From the NCBI GenBank assembly GCA_951406725.2, contig OX597838.1:28706001-28770000 (forward strand): 64,000 bases of DNA, given 5' to 3'. The translations under genes and the position numbers were made by a program. The notes under the pieces were generated by a model. It made no database searches. It saw only the letters and a list, made by a program, of their open reading frames with translations, and was not told the DNA's origin. Positions 14,156 through 23,855 of this stretch are shown here, piece after piece. The stretch comes from Octopus vulgaris. Its lineage: Eukaryota. The stretch's first letter is position 1. Each line of letters opens with the position of its first letter.

Positions 14156-14550
14156 GGCGTAGGAGTGGCTGTGTGGTAAGTAGCTTGTTTACCAACCACA
14201 TGGTTCCGGGTTCAGTCCCACTGCGTAGCACCTTGGGCAAGTGTCTTCTACTATAGCTTCGGGCCGACCAAAGCCTTGTGAGTGGATTTGGTAGACGGAA
14301 ACTGAAAGAAGCCCGTCGTATATATGTATATATATATCCGTTTGTGTGTCTGTGTTTGTCCCCCTAGCATTGCTTGACAACCGATGCTGGTGTGTTTATG
14401 TCCCCGTTACTTAGCGGTTCGGCAAAAGAGACCGATAGAATAAGTACTGGGCTTACAAAAGAATAAGTCCCAGGGCCAAGTTGCTCGATTAAAGATGGTG
14501 CTCCAGCATGGCCGCAGTCAAATGACTGAAACAAGTAAAAGAGTAAAGAG
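14156..14550 (+). mobile_element. Full-length copy of the dominant tRNA-derived SINE (family A; CORE-like, octopus OR-type)
   Basis: Head GG(C/T)G(C/T)AGGAGTGGCTGTGTGG..GGTTCAGTCCC, CORE-like ACCTTGGGCAAGTG, internal TA/TG microsatellite, tail CAGTCAAATGACTGAAACAAGTAAAAGAG. More than 20 copies on both strands, e.g. + at ~12570, 18507, 28686, 31445, 42057, 44700, 51013, 52438, 54792; - ending at ~20272, 21113, 21308, 25148, 26295, 28490, 33500, 43387, 49760, 53668. Confidence 0.9.
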
Positions 14551-14846
14551 AGTAGGAGACACATACATTGTCTACTCGTCCCATTATATATTTCTGCCTG
14601 GCCGTTGTGCCTTGCTCCATTTGAGAGGAAGGAGAGGGAATAGCTGCCCTGTAGTAAATTTGGTAGAGGTGGATGAAAGTGGTAAGCATGACTCACTTGA
14701 ATGAGCCTGCCCTCAGTGTGCACTTGTCAGCCTGAGAATGTGGGCTACAAGAAGGTACTTACCCTTGGTAACCAGGATCCTCCTGAATTAGTAGTGTTCC
14801 TTGACTGGCTCTGTGTGACAAGCTTTCTTCTTGGGACATCACCATA

Positions 14847-15234
14847 TCTTTATATATAAAAGTGAAGTTGTGTGTCTGTCTCCTACGATTTAGAATCCTA
14901 ACTACTCCCACATTTTGCGGTGCAGTGTAACCAAAAGCGGGTATCTTATAGTCGTGATTCATATCGAGCCCTTCTGGGTATTAGTGCGCGTCTACGATTT
15001 AAAAATAAATTTACCATCATTTTCCCCCATTTTTAATGCATTTTTTTGCTATTATATAAGGGAAGTAACTCTCTAAAAATGTATTATTAAATCTCAGAAC
15101 GTAAAAAGCTACAGTAACACCCACCCTCCTTTGTGGTTAGCCATATTGAGATGGCTATTATACTTTACATCTCTAAAAATGCTTATATAGTTATTTCCCT
15201 TACAAACCCAAGCAACGCCGGGCGATACTGCTAG
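14847..15234 (+). mobile_element. Non-autonomous Helitron
   Basis: Inserted between A and T; 5' TC terminus, subterminal GC-rich hairpin remnant (CCCAAGCAACGCCGGG) and 3' CTAG. A related copy lies at 59773-60176. Confidence 0.8.
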
Positions 15235-15905
15235 TTTTGTATAAATGTGTATAATAAGACACTCGTTTCATTTCATTCAGTATCTGTGTAACCCACTCTC
15301 TTTTGTTAATTACCTGTCTCCAAAACCCCCATTTACCTGTCGCTCTTGTGGCAATAAAATATAATTAAGGTAAACAAAATAATGTCTTGCAGCATTAATT
15401 AGTTCTGTCATCTTTGCAGCCTAAGCTTAAATTCCACTATTTGACCCATAACTGGAGTCCTCGACAGGTAGTACTGCCCCGAGCCACACCTGACCTGGAA
15501 GCAGTAGAGAGTAACATCTCACTCTACAAAATTCCTCAACTCCCAAGCTGGAGCATCGTCACCAAATGCAATTTAATGTTTTATCCAAGATTTACCATTT
15601 AACCTTTTAGCCTTTTAATCTGTCCGGAGTATTCTCCTGTTTTATAATCTGACCAGATCCAACCTCTCACATTCTGAAAATATACAATCACACCTTTGAA
15701 ATTGTGAAGCTATAAGGTAAATGAGTGAGTAATTCAAGACAGTGTCAATAGGCACAGCTGTGTGGTAAGAAGCTTATTTCCCAACCGCATGGTTCTGGGT
15801 TCAGTTCCACTGCGTGGCATCTTGGGCAAGTGTCTTCTACTATAGCCTTGGACTGACCAAATCCTTGTGAGTGGATTTGGTAGACAGGAGCTGAAAGAAG
15901 CCCGT

Positions 15906-15942
<37 letters not shown>

Positions 15943-16151
15943 GGCGCGGGCATGGCTGTGTGGTTAGGGAGCTTGCTTCCTAGCTACATGGTTTCGGGTT
16001 CAGTCCCACTGCGTGGCACTTTGGGTAGGTGTCTTCCACTATAGCCCCGAGCCGACCGGAGCTTTGTGATTGAATTCGGTAGGTGGAAGTTACTGCCGTG
16101 TGTGTATGTGTGCGTATAGCTGCTCAGTGCCTCTCCGAAAGAGAGAGAGGG

Positions 16152-16182
<31 letters not shown>

Positions 16183-16565
16183 TATGTACCTATGTGCATG
16201 TGTCTTTGTGTCTGTCCTCCCGTCATCACTTGACAGCTGGTGTTGGTGTATTTACGTCCTCATAGCTTTGTGGTTAACAAAATGACTGAAACATATATAT
16301 AGATTGTTCATTGCTTTTTTTTTTTCCATGCTGGCATGGGTTAGGCAAATTTATGATTGCGGTTTTGTTTTACAACCAGATGTATGAATGCCCTTCCTGT
16401 CACTAACACTTCCTCACCTTTTTTTTTTTTTTTAAATAAGCAGTCTCTTATTCCATATATTTTCAAAGACACAAATCTTACAGACAATTTGTCAACAAAG
16501 AAATCACCATTTATCACTTGTGATATTCACAAACTTGGAAAAACAGCCTCAAAAACAAGAAAACA

Positions 16566-16568
<3 letters not shown>

Positions 16569-16617
<49 letters not shown>

Positions 16618-16643
16618 GATGATGATATGTATATATATATATG

Positions 16644-16711
<68 letters not shown>

Positions 16712-16737
16712 GATGATGATATGTATATATATATATG

Positions 16738-16821
<84 letters not shown>

Positions 16822-16868
16822 GTATATATAATATATGTGTGTATATATATGTATATATAATATATATG

Positions 16869-16913
<45 letters not shown>

Positions 16914-17002
16914 ATATATACGTATATATAATATATGTGTGTGTATATATATGTATATATAATATATATGTATATATATATATATGTGTATATATATATA
17001 TG

Positions 17003-17035
<33 letters not shown>

Positions 17036-17060
17036 GTGTATATATATATATGTGTGTATA

Positions 17061-17116
<56 letters not shown>

Positions 17117-17135
17117 TATATGTATGTGTGTATGC
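16569..17135. repeat. Long compound (TA)n microsatellite
   Basis: Direct reading. Confidence 0.95.
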
Positions 17136-17383
17136 ATAACTGTGGTTCAAGATGTCTGCCTGAGGATCACATTCTGGAGTGCAAGTGTCAGGTATACTCA
17201 GCCACATGTACTCTCAGTACAATGACTTTAGTTCTGTTGGCCGAACAACTGCTACATACATCATTGCAAATGATACATGATCTATCATTGCTGTCATCAT
17301 CATCATCGTCATCATCATCATCATCTTCAACATCATTATACGTTTTTGGATATATGCACGTTTTTTAGCCTGATGACTATGTA

Positions 17384-17428
<45 letters not shown>

Positions 17429-17516
17429 GACAAGCGCATTTGTTTTGGCATCTATGTATGCAGTGATATCATTGTTTAGGCTGATTTAATTGACTAAGCC
17501 CTTAAGCTATTATTAC

Positions 17517-17570
<54 letters not shown>

Positions 17571-18914
17571 AGCAGTGAGCTGGCAGAATTGTTAGCACAC
17601 AGGACAAAATGCTTTGTGACATTTCGTCCGTCTTTACATTCTGGGTTCAAATTCCACCAAGGTCGACTTTGCCTTTCACCGTTTCAGGGCCAATAAATTA
17701 AGTACCAGTCAAGTACTGGGGTCCATGTGATTGACTGTCCCCCCTCCCTACAAATTTCAGGCCTCGTGCCTATAGTAGAAAGGATCGTTATTACTATAAT
17801 TATTATTATCATTATTATTATGATGATTATTTATTATTGTTATTATTATTATTATTAAGATGCTTGATTGGCAGAATCAGTAGAATCTTGTGGTATCTAA
17901 TGGCATCCTTTAAACATTTCAAGGTCAACTTTGCCATTCATCATTTTGAGGTTAATAAAATAGAGTACCAGTCATATACTGGGATCGATGTTAATCTTCT
18001 AAAGCAGTATGTGGGTCAACTGCAACCCGTGGCACTTACTGAAGAATGGCACACCTAATGGAAAATTACCTTGGATATTTTTCTTAATAGTGCGGCGCCC
18101 TTGATGGTGAGCCATGTGTCATGTGGCCCACTTCTCTAAAAATGTTGCCCTTGCCTGATCTGAAACTTCCCTGAGATGTTGTGGCCTTAAGCGCCATGTA
18201 GGAAATCATTGGTGTTGTTAGGGGCAGGAAGCGAGTTTGCTTGGATGCTCGGTGTGTATGTAATGACAGAACCTTAATTGAGGCGATTGTTTGAGGGATT
18301 AAATATAAGGGTGCAGGAGAGAAGACTGTGCTTGCATGTGGGTATGTGATGCGTATGATGCAAAGGCCGACAGTTGGTTTTTAAAGAAGTGCCAAGCGAT
18401 CCTACGTTGAAGGAATCGTGCAAAAGAGGAAGAAGTGATGAAAAAAATTTGATCTCAGAGTAAGTGGAAAATTTCATGAAAGATGTGACAAAAAAAAATA
18501 ACTAAGCAGGAGTGGCTGTGTGGTAAGTAGCTTGCTAACCAACCACATGGTTGCGGGTTCAGTCCCACTGCGTGGCATCTTGGGCAAGTGTCTTCTGCTA
18601 TAGCCCCGGGCCGACCAATGCCTTGTGAGTGGATTTGGTAGACGGAAACTGAAAGAAGCCTGTCGTATATATGTATATATATATATATATATGTGTGTGT
18701 ATATGTTTGTGTATCTGTGTTTGTCCCCCTAGCATTGCTTGACAACCGATGCTGGTGTGTCTACGTCCCCGCCACTTAGCGGTTCGGCAAAAGAGACCGA
18801 TAGAATAAGTACTGGGCTTACTAAAAAGAATAAGTTCCGGGGTCGATTTGATCGACTAAAGGCGGTGCTCCAGCATGGCCGCAGTCAAATGACTGAAACA
18901 AGTAAAAGAGAAAG

Positions 18915-19142
18915 AGAAAAAAATGTAAAAAATAATTAAATGAATGAAAGAAAAAAAACTCATAGAATTGCAACAAAACGGCCTGACACTGTGCCAGAAA
19001 AGACTTGTCCAAGACATGAAACCATGGTAAAATGGACATGAAAAATTTAAATAATAATGATGATGGTGATGAAGAACGATGAATTTCAGGACATTGACGC
19101 ATGCATGTTTACGATATAATGTATAATTTGCTTTATCTCAAA
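18915..19142 (-). ncRNA. Candidate downstream exon of the minus-strand transcript (3' end undefined)
   Basis: Long T-tract plus TTTTCAG| acceptor at 19143, in unique sequence. Splicing from 23645 gives only short ORFs (19 aa, then 21 aa). Confidence 0.3.
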
Positions 19143-19615
19143 CTGAAAAGCTTTAAAAAAAAATAATAATTTAAGAAGAAAAAAAAAACAACAAAAAAAA
19201 AAAAATCTCTCTCCTCTCCTCCCACCTCCATCCTACCACCCTCCCACCCTACCTCTGAAATGAGAACAAATAAACGGTGAAATATACACATGCTGTGTGT
19301 CGTCACATGAGTGGTGTGTATTTCGGTCAAATAATAACTTTTGTCTTTTATTGTTTGTTTGTTTATTTATTTATTTATTTCTGTTACGCTTTTTTTCTTT
19401 TTTTTAAAAATTTTATTGTCATGCCTTTTTTTTTAAAGCTGGAATGGTGGAATGGTCTGATCAATGGTGCCAACCAATATGTTACAGGTTATCAAAAGAA
19501 CCAGACAGGTGAGGCAGTGCGGTCTTTAAATTTGTCAATGTTTATTGATGTATAAATTAAAAAATAATAGGTTCGGGAGTGGCTGTGTGGTAAGTAGCTT
19601 GCTTACGAACCACAT

Positions 19616-19843
19616 GGCAAGCTGGCAGAAACGTTAGCACGCCTAGCGAATTGCTTAGGGGTATTTCGTCTGCCGCTGCATTCTGAGTTCAAATTCCGCC
19701 GAGGTCGACTTTACCTTTCATCCTTTCGGGGTCGATAAATTAAGTACCAGTTACGCACTGGGGTCGATCTAATTGACTTAATCCCTTTGTCTGTCCTTGT
19801 TTGTCCCCTCTGTGTTTAGCCCCTTGTGGGCAATAAAGAAATA
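19616..19843 (+). mobile_element. SINE family B (MetaSINE-like core) inserted into the head of a family A SINE
   Basis: GCTGGCAGAA..GAGTTCAAATTCC head and CTTTCATCCTTTCGGGGTCGATAAA core; ACATGG duplicated at 19612-19617 and 19844-19849. Other copies at ~23299-23530, 23877-24292, 45342-45557, 50050-50261(-), 51830-52255 and 56245-56480. Confidence 0.85.
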
Positions 19844-20918
19844 ACATGGTTCCGGGTTCAGTCCCACTGTGTGGCACCTTGGGCAAGTGTCTTCTACTAT
19901 AGCTGGGCAAGTGTCTTCTACTACTATGCTGGAGCACCGCCTTTAATCGAGCAACTCGACCCCGGGACTTATTCTTTTGTAAGCCCAGTACTTATTCTAT
20001 CGGTCTCTTTTGCGGAACCACTAAGTAACGGGGACATAAACACACCAGCATTGGTTGTCAAGCAATGCTTGGGGGACAAACACACACACGGATATATATA
20101 TATACATATATACGACGAGCTTCTTTTCAGTTTCCATCTACCAAATCCACTCACAAGGCTTTGGTCGGCCCGAGGCTATAGTAGAAGACACTTGCCCAAG
20201 GTGCCACGCAGTGGGACTGAACCCGGAACCATGTGGTTGGTAAACAAGCTACTTACCACACAGCCACTCCTGTGTTCGTATATTTTTAGAATGACATTGT
20301 AGGGTAGGTGTGAGAGGCTGGATCTGATCAGTTTTAACATAAAACAGGCAGAATGTTTGGGCTGGATTGAATGCTAAAAGATTAATTGATTTGAGGCTAC
20401 TGGTTGAAAATACTTGCCTAAGGTTCTGCACTTAGATTGGCTGGCAACTTTGTTCTCCTTCACAGTAGCTTCACCCTCGTTAACAGAGGTGGGTGCCCCG
20501 ACATGTGACTGGGCTAATTACAGAAATGTTCTAGGAATGTCGCATGTGCCGCACCAAAGTGACAATCCTCCTTCCATGACAACCCCTCTTCCCTTGCTGT
20601 TTGTGTGATTCTCCTTCCCGCCACGACCCCCCCATCCTAATTGGACTTTGATGCCTGTGTAGGGGAATGTGGCCATGAGACTCTGAGCTCATACTTCCGT
20701 AAAATGTTGTTTGCTCTCTTTTACTTGTTTCAGTCATTTGACTGCGGCCATGCTGGAGCACCACCTTTAATCAAGCAACTCGACCCTGGGACCTATTCTT
20801 TTGTAAGCCCAGTACTCACTCTATCCGTCTCTTTTGCCGAACCGCTAAGTGACGGGGACATAAACACACCAGCATCGGTTGTCAAGCGATGCTAGGGGGA
20901 CAAACACAGACACACAAA

Positions 20919-20950
<32 letters not shown>

Positions 20951-21111
20951 CGACGGGCTTCTTTCAGTTTCCGTCTACCAAATCCACTCACAAGGCTTTG
21001 GTTGGCCCGAGGCTATAGTAGAAGACACTTGCCCAAGGTGCCACGCAGTGGGACTGAACCCGGAACCATGTGGTTGGTAAGCAAGCTACTTACCACACAG
21101 CCACTCCTGCG

Positions 21112-21144
<33 letters not shown>

Positions 21145-21600
21145 GACAGGCTTCTTTCAGTTTCCGTCTACCAAATCCACTCACAAGGCTTTGGTCGGCC
21201 CGAGGCTATAGCAGAAGATACTTGCCCAAGGTGCCACGCAGTGGGACTGAACCCGGAACCATGTGGTTGGTAAGCAAGCTACTTACCACACACCCACTCC
21301 TGTGCCTATAGCTGACTGAAATGTAATCTAGCAAGAAATTCTCTTTCGATTTACTTAATTAATTTCATACAAAACAGTATCTGGAGTTAATTTTATTATT
21401 ATTCCGCCGAGTCTGACTTTGCCTTTCATCCTTTTCGGGTCAATAATGTACCAGTTGTGTACTGGGGTTGATGTAATCAACTAGTCCCTTCCCCTCAAAT
21501 TTCAGGCCTTGTGCCTTTAGTAGAGAGGATTATTATTATTATTATTATTATTTCGTTTTGGGATTTGGTTTGCAAGATTCTTTATGCGAGTTCTTGTGTT

Positions 21601-21782
21601 GAACCGATTGGGAGTCCATGCACCTCCACCGGCTGGTCGAACTCCTGCAAAAGCAATTGCTCGAGCAGTCGGTACTTGTGCACTTTCTCGAGGGCAGCCT
21701 CTTTCAAGGCGTCCTCCTGCTCCAATCTGACAGTCACGTCGACAACAACCACCTTTTCCGGACGGCTAAAGACCAGGTCTGT
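21601..21782 (-). mobile_element. Fragment of the restriction-like endonuclease domain of an R2-superfamily non-LTR retrotransposon
   Basis: Stop-free DLVFSRPEKVVVVDVTVRLEQEDALKEAALEKVHKYRLLEQLLLQEFDQPVEVHGLPIGS matches the (P)D..D-V-T-V..E..A..K..KY..GLP(I/V)G signature of RLE domains. GC- and CpG-rich relative to its flanks. Confidence 0.75.
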
Positions 21783-21784
21783 TG

Positions 21785-21976
21785 TGTCTGGGGAGAGCCA
21801 TTTTCTTTTTGTGCCTTTTAATGTAACACACTCACCAGTAAAATCTCCATTTATTTCTTATTTTTATTTTCCTACAAAATAGAAAAATTTAAATTTAAAA
21901 AAAAAAGAAGTGGAAATTTTACCGGTGAGTGTGTTACATTATAAGGCACAAAAAGAAAATTACTCTCCCCAGACAT
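21785..21976. repeat. Inverted repeat (~70 bp arms, A/T-rich spacer)
   Basis: TGTCTGGGGAGAG..TGTGCCTT..GTAACACACTCACC is mirrored by GGTGAGTGTGTTAC..AAGGCACA..CTCTCCCCAGACA. Confidence 0.85.
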
Positions 21977-22078
21977 AATAGAATATTATTATTATGAGTT
22001 TGATACGAACCCAGCTGAAACCGCCTCTGACATCTCCACAGAAATATGGTAATAAAAGGGTTAAGAAACAATTCTTAA

Positions 22079-22553
22079 CCTTTTCAATACCAACCCAGCT
22101 GAAACCGCTTCTGGCTCTGTAGTACAAATGTCTTGTTTTCAAAAGTTCTGAATTAAAATCTTCCACCAAACCTTAGTCACAATTTATGTTCCTAACACTA
22201 ACTTAATGATAACTAAGCTATTTTACTAAATTCTTTGTTATATTTTAAATTAATTGAAAGAAACAGAGAGCATCTCAACAGAAATATGGTAACAAAAGGG
22301 TTAAAATATATAATAGAGGAACAATTCTTAACCCTTTCAATACCAACCCAGCTGAAACCGCCTCTGGCTCTGTAGAACAAATGTCTTATTTTCAAAAGTT
22401 CTGAATTAAAATCTTCCACCAAACCTTAGTCACAATTTATGTTCCTAACACTAGCTGAATGACAACTAAGTTATTTTACTAAATTCTTTGTTATATTTTA
22501 AATTAATTGAAAGAAACAGAGAGCATCTCAACAGAAATATGGTAACAAAACGG
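22079..22553. mobile_element. Two tandem 222-bp piggyBac-type MITEs (22079-22300, 22332-22553)
   Basis: Each is flanked by TTAA with CC(C/T)TTT..AAA(G/C)GG ends and the two are near identical. A related inverted copy lies at ~44350-44575. Confidence 0.8.
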
Positions 22554-22932
22554 TTAAAATGGTGAGCTGGCAGAATTGTTAGCACAACAGACAACAATGC
22601 TTGGTGTATTTCTTCCGGCTTTGAGTTTTGAGTTCAAATTCCACTGAGGTCAGCTTTGTTTTTCATGCTTACAGGGTTGATAAAATAAGTACCAGATGAG
22701 CACTTGGGTTGATGTAATCGACCAGTCACCCCACTCCCCAAAAACGTCATGCTTTGTGTCTTTTGTAGAAAGGATTATTATTATTATTGAGTGAGAGAGC
22801 AGTGCATACCATCAAAGTGACACTGGGGTACAAATATACGAAGCCCAGTATACACATCATGACTACCCATCTGATGAGGGTACACCAGGCACATGCATCA
22901 CAACCATATGTGCATGACATGGTGACAGATAT

Positions 22933-23193
22933 GTTTCTTTATTAGCCACACAGGGCTGCACACAGACAGGACAAATTACAAGGTAGAGCTTTTCTTTTGG
23001 GGGTAAAAAAAAGGGGGGTTGGTTTTCGATCAAAAGGGATCGTAAAAGGAAAGCAAGAGGATAAAAAAAGGGGGGATAAGATAAAAAAAAGGAGGGGGGA
23101 GGGAAAAGAAAAAAATTGATCAATAGGGATCATTATCACAGAAATGTCAATATGAAGTGTAAAGGGGAGGACAGGTGAGGTTTACCCGTGGAA
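22933..23193 (-). mobile_element. Probable LINE 3' UTR fragment (L1/Tx1-like)
   Basis: The minus strand is T/C-rich and ends CAGCCCTGTGTGGCTAATAAAGAAA, resembling the tail of SINE family B. Confidence 0.4.
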
Positions 23194-23644
23194 CAGATAG
23201 ATAGATAGATAGATAGGCAGATAGATAGATAGATAGATAGATAGGCAGACAGACAGGTAGATAGATAGATAGGTAGGCAGACAGGTAAATTGGTAAAAAG
23301 GCGGCGAGCTGGCAGAGTCGTTAGCACGCCGGGCGAAACGCGTAGCTGTATTTCGTCTGCCGTTACGTTCTGAGTTCAAATTCCGCCGAGGTCGACTTTG
23401 CCTTTCATCCTTTCGGGGTCGATAAATTAAGTACCAATTACGCACTGGGGTCGATGTAATCGACTTAATCCGTTTGTCTATTCTTGTTTGTCCCCTCTAT
23501 GTTTAGCCCCTTGTGGGCAGTAAAGAAATAGATAGATAGACAGACAGACGTATAGATAGATACTTAGATAAACAGATAGATTAATAGATAGATAGATAGA
23601 TAGATAGAGCGAGAAAGAGAGAGTGCGTACACGCTGATTCTTAC

Positions 23645-23778
23645 TTGCTGCTGAGGGGAAACAGAGACGCGTACGAGAGTTGAGTGGAGTACATCGCAGA
23701 TACGCGAGAGCCGCGTGAAAGAAAGACAGAAGTTGATCAGGGAGAACAAATACAGAGCTAGCAGTAAAGCAAAACACT
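23645..23778 (-). ncRNA. Candidate first exon of an unannotated spliced transcript
   Basis: Follows the promoter motifs, is CpG-rich and non-repetitive, and ends at donor CAA|GTAAGA (intron from 23644). Confidence 0.42.
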
Positions 23779-23855
23779 GGCTGGATGTTTATTTATTTAT
23801 GTATATAGCGGCAATGGTGAACAATAGCGTCGTTGGCTACAGGACTCCAATGATA
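23772..23855 (-). promoter_or_regulatory. Candidate Pol II core promoter (CCAAT, TATA, Inr)
   Basis: Minus strand: ATTGG (CCAAT at 23847-23851, about -70), TATATA starting at 23807 (-29) and Inr-like CCAGT with A at 23778, in a unique CpG-rich context. Confidence 0.5.

Larger units (their letters stand above)
13600..15360 (+). mobile_element. Possible highly decayed L1/Tx1-like LINE, interrupted by a SINE and a Helitron
   Basis: 14620-14730 gives a broken ERE*LPCSKF..ERWMKVVSMTHLNEPALSVHL, resembling Tx1 ORF2 C-termini (recalled, not searched). Tail CTCTTGTGGCAATAAAA at ~15343-15359. Confidence 0.35.

Noticed and set aside
7302-17489. Many YI/HT/CV-rich ORFs
   Set aside because: Translations of (TA)n, (TG)n and (CA)n microsatellites.
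18930-18990. miR-92 precursor
   Set aside because: It resembles a 5p arm, but no AUUGCAC-containing 3p arm follows; kept only as a possible target site.
18984-19005. Iron-responsive element (C-N5-CAGUGU on the minus strand)
   Set aside because: The five bases after the loop (CAGGC) do not pair with TGGCA, so the canonical upper stem cannot form.
19250-19258. Recursive splice site or 2-nt micro-exon (TTTCAG-AG-GTAGGG, minus strand)
   Set aside because: The geometry does not fit a clean AG|GT ratchet point, and there is no transcript evidence.
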